Assembly: GCA_049724395.1 (NCBI GenBank)
Contig: JAUGWO010000032.1
Span: 1 to 62,562, forward strand
DNA length: 62,562 bases
Direction: 5' to 3'
Source of the DNA: Spongospora subterranea f. sp. subterranea
Taxonomy: Eukaryota
Shown: piece by piece, positions 26,221 to 39,400 of the stretch
How the letters are laid out: the number at the start of each line of letters is the position of its first letter
Position numbering within the stretch: the stretch's first letter is position 1
The notes under the pieces: generated by a model
Told to the model about the DNA's origin: nothing
Database searches by the model: none
What the model saw: only the letters and a program-made list of their open reading frames with translations
Position numbers and translations under genes: made by a program

Positions 26221-27534
26221 ATGGTGTCGAATGGCGAGCGATCGCGATCGGTGTTTCGAGAGAATATTTTGGCCGGCCGGGTCGCATTTGTGACGGGGGG
26301 AGGGAGCGGGATCGGGTTTAAGATATCTGAGGCCCTTCTCCAGCACGGGGCCAAGGTCGCCATAGGTTCAAGGAGAATAGAAGTGGTCCAGGTGAGTTCA
26401 ACCTGGGGGTGCACCCTTCAGCGATTACAGCCTTGATACTCTGTTTCGGTCGATTCAGTTAGCCAAAAAGCAGCTGGAAGATGCGACCAATGGATCCGTT
26501 ATTGCCATGAAATTGGATGTTCGATTACCAGAATCTATCAACGATGCGGTCTCCGAAACCATCAAGAAATGGGGCAAAATCGATATTCTAATCAATTGTA
26601 GCGAACCCATTACAAACAGATTCTGTATTCAATAATGCCATCGGTTCAGCTGCCGCTGGCAACTTCTTGGCGTCTGCAGAGAGTTTGAGCGTGAATGCTT
26701 TCAAAACGGTCATGGATATTGACGCTAACGGAACGTTTTTGATGTCTCAAGCTGTTTTTAAGCAATCAATGAAGGCAAGTAAACCGGATTTCGTAACATT
26801 GATAATTTTAATCTTATTTGGGGTCAAGAAACACGGAGGGAGCATCATCAATATTACTGCCACATTGCACTGGAACGGGGAACTCCTACAGGTGCATGCT
26901 GGATCAGCTAAAGCAGCTATTGAAGGTGACACCTTTCGCACCTAACTCAGAATGCTGCTGCTAATAATTCGGTTCAGGAATGACGCGGCATCTAGCCAAT
27001 GAATGGGGGCAGTTGAGTTCTCCGACTTTATTATTACTGTCCCTTTCTTAGTCGTGTCGTCATTGTAGGTATAATGTTCGAGTTAATAACGTCGCCCCGT
27101 AAATACATCTTAGTCGCTCATTTCCTAATCTGAGAAGGTCCACATTTGTTTAGAGGGCCAATTTCGGGCACGACCGGTTTCAAGAAGCTTGTCGGAAATG
27201 ATGGCGATGGACAGCACGATAATATGCTAGAGCACATTGCCCTCCGCCGCTTCGGTGATGCAGTTGAAGTTGCTGACGCTTGTGTCTTCCTCGGTATTAT
27301 CGCTATCGTACTTTCTGATTTCGTTGAAGTAATATAGATTCATCAGTTTCTAACGCATCATCATATGTTACTGGGTCAACTATCACTGTTGACGGAGGTC
27401 GGATCTTCGCCCCAATTCTCCTCAACTCTCTAACATTGTGTCCAGGTTCATGGTTTTTCGGTGGAGGTGTTGTTGGCCGCCAAATCGCCAAACTCTCAAG
27501 AAAGGATAAAATGGTTTCTAATAGCAAACTATAA
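26221..27534 (+). CDS. DECR2: Peroxisomal 2,4-dienoyl-CoA reductase (SDR family), multi-exon
   Basis: [97 protein letters not shown]-terminal PTS1 SKL then TAA at 27532-27534. Confidence 0.92.
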
Positions 27535-28760
27535 TGCTGGCACGCGAGGTGCCATCAATCTAGAGGTAACGGTACTTAATCAAATACTATGGTCTCCTCG
27601 TCCTGAAATCGGTTTCCAACGCAGATCCAGAATGGGCATCATCGCAACTCTGCAGTGATATCATACTACCTTATAAAAACATTGGTATGAATTGATACTT
27701 TGCAGATTCTTATCCTGCGAGCTCCGGGTTCGTGTATGATTTTTAAGGAATCAAATGTCCAACAACATTAATGATATACGAGACGCTTTGTCACCGCTAG
27801 AGAATGATTTTAACATGCATAGTATCTGGGTCAACCCATTTTCTTTCAGAATCTCCAATCATGTGATCAGACTGATAAAAACAATGTTCGTCAATCGAGC
27901 CAGCTTGTAGAGCAGAAAATGGCGACAGGTGGACAGCAGCACACAAATGAAAACCATTTTGCAACTGAAGAACATCTACCAACTTTTATGGTTGCCAAAT
28001 CACCAATGTAGTGATCATCTGGTAGAGCAATTGCCAGGTAGACGCCAGTAAAATCTGTATGGCTGATGTTTCAAATAATGTGCTGGCTTTGAAGGATGTC
28101 TCACTATTCTCTGATGTGGTTCGTCCACAGTTCTGACAGAAAAATACTAATGTGTACATTGATTATGCACTGAATGATAGAAATTAGATATCAAGACAAG
28201 AAATGAAAACATAAACCTTGTTTACGCCGCTATGTGGATTTAACTGTATCGCAGAAGGGAGGGGTTTTCACCTGTTGTGATGCCTCACCCATATTGTTCA
28301 TTGCCATCTTCAATCCCAAATCGGGCTCACTTCAACTCAACTCGGTTGCCGCAACGACTATGAATGTTGTATCCACACAACTTGTATCACTTGCTTTCTG
28401 TTCTTGGAAACATGTCTTGATTTGTGCCCTTAAACTTGCCCAATGATGACTCGAATGCGACAGGTCAGGTGACCAATCGTGACTGTTGATGTGATCTCGT
28501 TATGTGTGAAAAAGACAACGTATAGGGGAAGGATTGGGATTGGGCCACTTGTTCAAGCGTCAGCCGGTCGAAGATAAAGGAGAATGTTCGGTAATTTTGA
28601 GCGCCATGTGTACTCGATATAAGATACCGTTAACCTGGAACAAGTGTGGATATTGACAGAATGCAAACGGAATGATGCCCTGGTATTTGAAACAAGTTAA
28701 TCGTATATTGATCCATATTTTTTGTTAAATACACCCGACTGTGAAATGGAAGGGCTGATC

Positions 28761-31700
28761 CTAATGCTTATCTGTGGCGAAATCTACAGGTTTGGATGCT
28801 GCCTCAAGATCTTGAAAGGCGTTAACCGAGTCCTCTCCTGAAGGTTTTGCGTTCGTGTCTTTGCTGCGCGATTCTTTTGATTCAGATGAACCGGTACTCA
28901 CCGCTGTGGCACCGGGCAAAATATCAGATCCATCATCGCTTAACGCCAATTTCCCCGACTTTGCGGGTTTCTCGACTCTGTGTTTGTACCTTGACTTTCC
29001 CCGTTCTTTTACGTCATTACCACTCTTTTGGGGTGCAAACTGGTCTAAAGCGGCTTGAGCTGCGCGTTCTAACTCTTCGCGCTCTCGCTTTTGCTTCTGG
29101 AACAGAGCAATGCATTTTTTTCTTTCCTCAATTTCCATTTGTTTTTTCATTGATTCTATCGCTTTTCTTTCGGATTCTTCCTCCTAAATTGTCATTATGA
29201 ACTTCCAATCCGCCAGTTGGATCTTTTTGATTTACCATTTTCTTCTTATGATATTGTTCTAACTTCTTCCGCATCAGAAGTTTGTCGTGCTCGACCTCTA
29301 GTTTCTTCTGCTTTTTCTCTTCGGCAAGCTTCTGCGAAAGAATTTGTTGCTCATTTCGTAGGGCAGCATTTTTCGCAGCGGCCTCTTGCCTTTGCATTGC
29401 CAAGTGCTTAGCTCTACAAACACACAAGGAGTAAGATAGTTTGCCTTGAACTACTGCCAGAATATGTAAACTTGCAACTGCTTATGCCGTTGCTGGCGTT
29501 TTCTCTCCTTGTCCTTCTCGTCGTCGGTATTTAGTTTTGGGGAAAGAGCACGTGACTGCAATGCCAACATACTCGCATGCGGCGATGCATGCGTTGCAGG
29601 TACAATCGGAATCGGTGACGCTAACATATTCCTGAGGTTTTTTTCGCCAACGGTTTGCCATCCTGATTGTGCTAACAAATCCATCATTGTATGAATAACT
29701 CCATCTATCGCAACCCTATCACTTTCAGAAACATGATTGTCATTTTTCTTCTGCAAGAAATGCTTATTAGACAATATCGGACGATATAATCTGGCAGACC
29801 TTTCTCTGAATCCGGTGTTTACGCGGTTGTGGCTTTTGAAATTTCGTTTTCACATTTTTCGTCTCATGAAAATCCTACGCAGAGTCTCTCAACTCAATAT
29901 AAGAAAACGAATCATTGTCAGTACCAGCGAAACCTCCCGTGACCCGCTTTTCAGTAATAGAAGCAGGCTCATCATGGCTTTGGCCTTTGAAAGCAAACCA
30001 GTTCCACCAGCCGTTCGCAATTCGAATTGTTTGGCGATTCGCAGAAATGATTCTTTGAATTCATCGTAATTGACGAGCACTGATGATAAGGACCCTGAAG
30101 TTGACAGTCGGAATGCAGAGGACACCATGGTTTTATTCACATGTTCAGGGCACACAAATGCATCCTCCCAGAACTTTTTCAAACAGTTAGTTTGCCCAAC
30201 GTATATGTCGAAAGCGCACACATGAAACTTACTTTGATATAATCAGATATGGACATGCACGCCTCAGCTTGTACTTGCTTATCGAAGGTTATAAAGTGAA
30301 TGGTATTAGGGCGGATGCCTTTATATTGCTGAAATAGAGTTCGAATGACCTTATCGTAAGTATTGAAATAATTCAGAACATCAGCGTTCTCATCTCGACT
30401 TTGCGCTGAGTCTGAAGGTTGGACTTGAAGGAAAATTGGTGTCTGAGATGGTTGATTCTCTTTGACTTTCTCCGTGTTTCTGTTTCCTAATCTTTGTAGC
30501 ATCTGATTAGGTATTTGCGACTCGCTTTTCTTTGTCAGATTCTGATGTTGGTCGCGTTTTGTGCCGGTTACTGTAGGAAGAGCAGCAGTCGCATCACCGT
30601 GACAATCGTTATGAAGTGACCCTGATAATCCATTTCAATGCATCAAGTTGCAAGATCAGATTAGTGAATTACTTGATTTTGATTCGTTTTCAGACACCAC
30701 GACTGTAGGCGGGGCGACATCTCTGTTCTTTGGGACTTCTATTAAGTTGTTTTCTTTGCTTGCAGCTCTAACTGAAGGTCTTGGTGTCTTGTTAGTGTCT
30801 CTGGTGGGCTTCTTCAAAGAAGTTCTGTGCGATTTCTTGATTGCAGAAGGTTGCTTAAATGCGTCCTCTGTAATGGAGGCTATGTTTGACTCGTCAGTTT
30901 TAGAGCTAGTATCACTTTCAATACGCGATGTTAGTTGCTGGTTGTCAAAATGGATCAATGACGTTCTTCTAGATGAACGATTGCTCGCATTACTTGCAGC
31001 ATCCGAATATAATTCGATATCTACGAGATCATCTAATCCATATTCGCTATCGTTAGCGATGTAGTCATCTAGCGACTATAAAGAAAATATCAGATGCGCC
31101 CACTTAACCAATGTTTCCCAAACCTGCAAACCAATATGACCAAATCCATGATCGCAGGTGTATTGTTGGATAGCGCTAATGATAAGAGGATGGATAGTAC
31201 GCCGGATATGGCGATGTGGCAGATAAAGAATTTTAGCAATGACTTCCAAAAAAACCACGCAGGGCTGAGACCTGCCATGATTCTCCGCTGTTGTTTCAGC
31301 GGTGGACTGTTGTAGAAACCTGTGAAGAACCATCGATACAAACCTAGACTAGATCAAAGAATGTATACGCGTCATGTTCATATTGCTTACTTGTATATGT
31401 AGGTAAGAACGTTACGGTCAGTGGAAAAGCGCGAAACGATAATGCAGAAAGGTATTGTGGATAGTCTAGCAGTTGTTTCATCATTGAGGTCGAGACATGT
31501 GCGGGACAACAAATGCAAGAGCAACAAAGCTGATCGCAGTGAAAGCTGGCCATGCTTACTACAGAGGATAACCAGATCAATGTCGGTATTCGAAATCGTG
31601 TGAAGCGAAATCTGAATAGAGTTGGAAGTTCAGCGGCTATTTAGTTAAAAAAAGATATCTGCCAACCTGTTTTGTCAACGGATCCAGTAATACATCGACC

Positions 31701-33250
31701 GGGCATGATGCGTTGGTTTCAATTACCATCGTAAGATTGGACATAATGAACTGACGAACAAACTCATTATCATAGCGATCCATGAGAATAAATATTGCAG
31801 TCTTGAAGAGTCGAAGAGTGAGCGGGTCCTGGAATTCTAGGTTCTCGATTTACAAAAAAGTTGCTTCAACCAACAAAAGAGCTCACCTGAATCCTGGTCA
31901 ATGGCAGATTGCAAAATGTCGAAAATGCAGCTGATGCAAGCAATCTAACAAAACTTGTTGGATGATCTGGTCAGAGATAGTACAAGGAATTCTAACCTGC
32001 ACGTTAATATCATGACCTGTTTTACAAGCTTGACGTAGAACAGCGAGGATTGTACTTGGATATATCTCGTTGATACGTTCAAGTTCGATATAATACGTTA
32101 ACAAAATTTGGGTTAACAGTTGGAAAGCTGGGATGGCAGATGAAGGCAAAGATAGATGATATTGGTCAATAATGTTCATGCAATCTCTTACAATATATTC
32201 AATGATAGATTCTGTGAGCTGACCGTGACAAATCGGCCCCACAGAAGACCGGAATAAAATGAACTCGTGGATGAAACCTAGAAAACAGCTCAGTGCGAAT
32301 TCCCAAACAAATGATGCCAACCAAATACCAAGGCGTTCATTCTCCTCTGAACAATACCTTGCGAGTTGATGACGAATTACGGCATAGAGCTGATCCGAAG
32401 CAACCAGATCGATGATAGGCATCAATGCATATGACAAATTTGGATGAGATCTCCAGCAAACAATTATAGTTCCAAGACCAGAAAGAGGGGAGACTATGGA
32501 GGCTTGTGAAGTCGGTTGCTCGTCGACGAGCCAATGATAGAGACACTCGTTGATGCTTGGCGAGTGATACACAGATGGAGATGGTATCGAAACATGGGAA
32601 GACATTCGATAAAGTATATTGCTTGATATGTCGCATATGGTGTAGCTGGGTGACAGTAAACCAGCAGTTATCAAAGTAAGCAGGTAGGTAAAACTTTCCG
32701 ACTGTGAAAGCAAATTTGATGTGATGCTGTCAATATTATCGTTGATGTATAACAACCATTTCCGTATCCCATCTCGATCATCGCGTATGTATTCACTTAG
32801 TTGCGCTTGATATTCCTTATCGAATATCAATCGATGAGCGAATGACGGATCAATCACAAGATTTTCAAATAGCGGTGCATACAACAAGTTTCTCAGCTCA
32901 TCCACCATGGATGATGATGGCGGGTTGCCCGACCGTATGTGCAACTCTTGGATGATATCCATAACAATATGCAATGAGCGCTGATCGAATTTTGCTATGT
33001 CTGTCCTGCATTGGTCGTCGACGATGATCCCGTATGGATGCAATTCAGCAACGATTGCATCCCAGACGCGCTTCTGATCATGACGATCGAAATTCAGAGG
33101 TATATCCAATATCTTTTGTAACACAGTCCCTGATATGAGGTCATGATCCCAAGTGGACTTGTCATGCCCCGTTGCAGTCGCACCAGGAAACGATACTCCA
33201 CAAGAGGCCAGCCACTGGTACAGTGAGCTGTCTCTCGGCACATCGTCCAT
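28761..33250 (-). CDS. Large uncharacterised multi-exon protein: N-terminal calponin-homology-like region, helical middle, C-terminal charged coiled coil
   Basis: Chain of co-oriented ORFs 33277-28761 linked by short GT-AG introns; LYQWLASCG..DLISGTVLQKIL..VWDAIVAELHPYGI resembles CH_2-type domains; K/E/Q/R-rich tail; could be more than one gene. Confidence 0.6.
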
Positions 33251-33401
33251 ATCGCTTTGACAGCAATGAACGCCCACAAACTAGATACCAAAAAGAGCCG
33301 CCAAACAAAAATATCAAGATTACCGACAGAACAAATATCTTTTAAGATCCATGAGACCTACGCATCCCCAAACACCAGTCCGATCATGATAGGTATTCAG
33401 T

Positions 33402-36400
33402 TTATTTTCGATGACGTAACCTTCTTTGGCGTCTTCTGACATATTTGAACATCTTTGTGACAGACTTAGCATTCTCTTCTGAGCCGGTGTCGATGATATT
33501 AACGGGAGACTCCTCGACCATTTCTATGTGCAAGGTCCTTTTATCGTGCATGGCTGTCAACGAGAATATATTCCTGATGGATACCCAAACAAGAACCTGA
33601 TCCGGGTGACTTCCGTTGACAACAAATATGCTCTCCGAAGTGACAATAATGTTGAAAAAAGAATTCGCGACGAACCCAATAACAAATTCACTGTCATCGA
33701 ATAACTTTGATACCGCAAATTCACGAATAGCATCCGGAAAATGGTCGTAATTGCACAAGATATTTCCATAAAGGAATTGGCGGGGAAGACGTGAGCGGGT
33801 CGGCACCGAGCGATTATCAGCTAGGGCCCGCACCTTCTCTGACGCCGCTGATAACGTCCGAAATGTCGCAGCAAGAGGTAACAGAACAACGCCAGAGACC
33901 CCTCGACATGTTGCGCGATATAGTTCAGGTATAGTGGAGTGACGTTTGATGGGCTCCAAAGCCAATCCAATAATGCCTTGATATATTGCTGTCGGAAGAA
34001 GATACTGACGGGTCAGGCGATCATCATTGTAAATAGCTAAGGAGCTAATCCCTTTCGCAATGCTGCTACTGAATTTGGAGGCGGCATTGCACATGCCAAA
34101 GAGCACATGCCGAAATAAACTGAAACATCCTAGGGCCAAGCCGAAACAAAATGCCCTCGGGCTCTTATGGATTACAAGACCCTGCAGTGGAAGTCGAATG
34201 ACGTCACGAACTCCACTTATCAATGAGGACAGTAGAACAAATGGATTACCCAGTACATCCGCGCTAGCTATTAACTTATATCCGGATCGGACCAGCCTCA
34301 TCGTATACTGATGGACAAGGCGATCACAAAGATCACTTGATGTTCCAAATAAATCATTCGCATTGACCGCACCGAGACGCACAGGAACATCTTCAAGATT
34401 AGCGAGTGAGGCGCCAGCTGCTCGGGCTAGCACCGTTACAGGATTCAAAAAACTCTTATTGACGACAGGAGAGCTGGTTACGCTGACATGGACAAGTATT
34501 GCAGACAAAGACAGGTTTTGGCAATATATACGGGCTGGAGTTGAGATAGGAGCGTTTGAATCATCAACCAGAGCTAACGGATAAATGGATGTCGACGATG
34601 GAGGGAGTGCCAGCTCTGCATGATAGCGACCTTGACCGGCTTCAAAACGTTTCCTCAAAGATGACATATATTCCATTAATTGTGACATAAATGACTCTTC
34701 AAGTCGCAGATCGAAGGGAGACAAGGTTACTGAACACTGGGGAAAGGAGTGAAATTCGTCATGAGATTGTTGCAGGCTCTTGATCACCAAAATGTCAAAG
34801 AAATTCTTGCGGCTATCGGCTAAAGTACGAGGAGCTAATACAACAGGATAGGCTGCCGTCAGTCCTTGATTATCCAACTGCAACGCACCAGCGCAAACAC
34901 GCACTTCCGCAGAGTTGTTTTGCACTTGAGTGACGTCGATAGTGAGATCATCTATCAGCACATATGCTAGTTCGTGTCGCCTCTGGGCACGAGCGCTAGA
35001 TACTGGCCCAATCAAAGAGATGCCAAACTTGGAACACCGAGCATGGACTTCAAAACTATGCTGATGATCTTTCACATGATGGTCGATTGGAGGCTCAAGC
35101 ATTGAGTCAAAAATACGTAAAACGCGAACTGGTCCACTAGCGACGACTTCGATTTTAAGTTCTCTTGAATGTGGCATGATGCGGTCATGGCCTGCTAGGC
35201 GTACAGGTGTATAATCAGAGCATAGACGGTCGATGTTATATACGCCAACATATTGATGCCGAGCATTTGTAGACCGACCGTCTGCCATTGCATAGATAGT
35301 AACGCGGCGTGATTTCATTGGCTCATCCCATGCAAACTCTTTGGTATGGTATGGCAGAACACGTTCTTCTCGGCCTTGAACATTTTCTTGAGAGAAAATT
35401 AAGGTCAAAAATGTAAAGTTTTCGATTTTGTACGGAGCAGGAACACAACCAGAATCTTCATACACATGTATTTGGAAAGTTGCCTCCTCCAGTGTGCAGT
35501 TAATTCGTAAAATACAGGAGAGCTGTCTGTTGTATACGTTGAGGACCCGTACTGAAGTTGTCCCGACTTGATCGATTGGAATTGCCCCAGACCAGACTGA
35601 ACCATATTGGCGCAAACGAAATACCAGATTTGATGGATACCGACTGTCGTAACGATGTACAGCACATTGAAAACCTGGTTTTACAGTGACTGATTCCATA
35701 GTTTGGGCCTGACGATATTGTATATCCCGGCGAGTCATATTGTGCAATATATAACGAGGCCATATATTTACCATTGTCGTTGATCCAGACCGACAGCAAG
35801 CCACCCCCAGATCATACATTCTGCACACAGCGTCACGGCCACTGATGCAGTGTGGACGTCCCTCTTGAAAAGACACCGATATCGGTACAATGGAGTCGAT
35901 AGGAAACGGCGTAGACCATGCAGAATCGCATAGTCTTATCCCAATCATCATATTTGGTTCAGAGGCCAAAATAAACGAACAGCTTTCAGCCCGCTGATTA
36001 CTGATTGACGGTTTCCAGCAAAGATGTGGTGCGACGTTATCAGATGTAAGTAAAGCGAGCCCTAGACCTGGATTAGCAGTTTCAATCTGTTTGCGCCTTG
36101 GACCGGCGAATGCATACCAAGGGGCATGATCGGCCCATGCAGGTAGATACTTCAAAAGGGCCTTCGATCTGATGGGACGTGAAGACAGTGGATAGATTGA
36201 AAGTTTCGACGTATTCTGGCCAGGGCACAATCGGAAAACTGCTGACTTGCGATGATGAGAATGCTCTTGTTCAGACACCCCATAGAAAAGATCCAGCCCT
36301 GTCCGATTTACCAACCAGTAGCCGATGCGAACGTACAAACAAATTTTCAGATCAGTCCTATCAATTTCAACATCGGCGCGATAACATGCAGACCCCTCTA

Positions 36401-39400
36401 CACTTGCATCCAAAAACACGCTCTGGTTGACCTGCAGGCAGTGGACATCAACCGATAAGGCTTCAGACCAAACCGAAGATCCTTGCAAGCGAAGTCGTAA
36501 AGAGGACGCGGGATGGTACATCTGAACGGTATCGGAAGGCATAACGGTTGGCTGCTTAGCCTGAATATTATTTCCATAAATAAACTGCAATTGCAACGGT
36601 ATTGGAAGCTCATTGATGACAGATATTGATGGCTCTAGAATTATGACGCTGGCAGATATCAGCTTGCGCGACGATTGCGAAGACCGAGCAGAAAATACAA
36701 AGGGTGGGCCAGACGCATCATGTCCTGGGGGGCATGAGATGGTTCGAGTTGATAGTGATATCTCGGGTAATTGATGAAGTTCAATGAACGTTAAAAGAGT
36801 GGAAAATTCAGCTTTAAATGCACCATAAGGTCGTATGATAAATGCACATTGCCTCATGGAATCCTGAAGAACTGATATTGGAATTGGCCAATCCGTACCG
36901 GAAGGAATCAGAAACTGCCCATAACTGCTGGTTCTATCAGGATACGATTGAAGGCGTACACAAAAATTGGCCAGCGTTTGATTTCGGATAATGAGGGGAG
37001 ATGAAATCGACAACGATGACAAATTTCGGATGGGAAATGATATAGAACCTGGCGGCATTCGACCTATAAAGATCATCTTTAGCGGATTCCGAAACCAATG
37101 TGCCATCAGCAACCGTTGACGGATAAAGAGGGTGAACAACGGCTTCGTTTGCAGGACTAGTATCAAGGGAAATATTGGATACTTTCTGCCATTTGTTCCA
37201 GACAACATGACCTTCCGCCCCGTCGCCAACGATCACGTCGATTGAGCCAGCGGTTTTGGGATATTGGCGACGGCGATCCAAATACGAAGCCGATTCAGAA
37301 AAAAGCTTCTGTTCATCGTCAAACTCAAATAAGTGATGACTATTTGGGGTCAGCTCAATGAATTCCGAAGTCACCCCGGTGCAGTTGAACCAAAATCGTA
37401 TGTTGCACCCAGTTCGGTTCTGGATGGTCAACGATCGAAGGTTGTGAGGAGAACCTAGAGACAGCATGGGATCACGATGACACAATCGGTGAAGCGAGTG
37501 ATATATCCTGGTCAGATTATCGAAAGAAGGGAAAGTCACGTTAAGGTTCACCGTTTGATTAGAGTCAACAGAAAAGAGTAAAGTCGAGGCAGTGGATAAG
37601 AACGATGCTTCCAGGCGACACCACTCAATTACTGGTTCCCACTTGTCAAGAGACATATAATATGACTCAAGAAGAATCCGAGTTTGTAGTTTTCCATTTA
37701 GCTTCGTAAGATTATCATCACGAGAAACCCCAATTTCAACAGACGATGGCTGAACTTTGCAGCGAAGAAGAGGTGAATTGGAAATATTTGGAAAATCATC
37801 AACAATCTGGAACACCGCATGGTCTAAAACAAAACCAATGCGGGATAGTGGGAAAATATCTTTCAATACGGCACTAGGCAATAACGACTGAGGACGTGTT
37901 TTTGGAGGTCTGAAAATGGAGAACCTATTTTTTACCAGGTCAAAGCAAAGATAAATATCGTCAAGAGATGCGCAAACATCGCTTTGAGGAAGGTATATGC
38001 TGCAAGAAATAAAATTTTGCGGAGATTGTCGATCAGCCATGAAATAAACATTGAACGGAGTTGCTAGCGCAAAAGACGGTGTACTTTCAGAAAAAGCATC
38101 TTGCACGCTGACATAATGTCGACTGATTCGAAACAAGTTCCTGGACATATCGGCTTGAATTGTATCGATAGTAGTTTTGCCGCCATGGGAAAATTCGGAG
38201 AAGCACGCAACTGAACATTGCCAAGAGAGGCACGCAGCCATGGTGTGGTCCACCAAACAAAATTTGAACGATTCCAGAGCAAAAATAATGCTGGTAGAAC
38301 AGGGAACTAATGATGATGTATCCGTGCCGACGGTGTCGTAGCCATTGTCAATCTTTTTCGAACACAGCTCATCGATGAAGGTATTGAAAATTTGGAAAAA
38401 AGAACCTGGAATTCGGTCATCAAATATTAGACATACACTGTAAATGTCCAATGAGATCTCGGAAAGGAAGGAGTTGATTGCAGAATTGAACCGAACTTCA
38501 ATTGCAGGATTTGTGACCGAAGGCTCCAAAATAATCAAAGGCAAGTCAGGTTCACCTCTGTGAACATCAATCATCTGTACGCTTAACTGGGCGGTAGTGG
38601 AGCCTGATACACATCCTTGCGTAGCTGAGAAGTCTCCGATTCGAAAACATAAAAATTTCGATGCCGGATCGCTAGAAGAAAACAAAATTAACACTGACAG
38701 CGTCGATGCGAAAGGAAATAACGCGGTCTTGCTGCAATGAAATCGCCACGGGAGTGACAGAAAATTTAGAGAAGTGATACCGAAACGACTCGACGATGTC
38801 GGAGACCAGGCAGATGTCAGTAGTACCGATTGTGGAAACAAAGTTGTCGACCTGACAGAGTATGGACACAAATGATGGTCTCCATTCAAGAGTAATAGAA
38901 ACATTCATATCGTTGACTATATCATCGACTGGAGAAATGACTGAGGCTCGCCTTATCAAAATTGAATGTACTTCGATTTGATACTTGCTCTGTTTACCAT
39001 CCATTGCAACCAGGTCAGGACTCGTGACAGAAAGTCGGGATAAATCGATGACCATATACTCCGATTGATTTTGTGTTGGATCACGAGGGATTAAAACCAC
39101 AACCTCATTGAGTTCAATCGAAACATGACTAACAGCATTCTCTGTGTCAGAATCCTCAAATGACAATGGACCAACCAAACACTGTAATGACGTCGCCAAT
39201 TGAAAAATGAACCTTGGAATTAGAACCCAGCGCACCGGTCCGATTTGCACACTGTTAGACCAGAAACCGGTATTTGGGTCACATACACATTTTACGAAAA
39301 TCAACGCTTGCGAAGTCTCTCGTTTTTCGATCAAGTTTGCATACTGTGGAGCCACTGCAGACTGATCCGTAAACGTAGCGCTGTCAACACTAAATTCTTG

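Noticed and set aside
27560..28740. Separate gene between DECR2 and the coiled-coil gene
   Set aside because: Some splice-like sites, but I could not assemble a convincing reading frame on either strand
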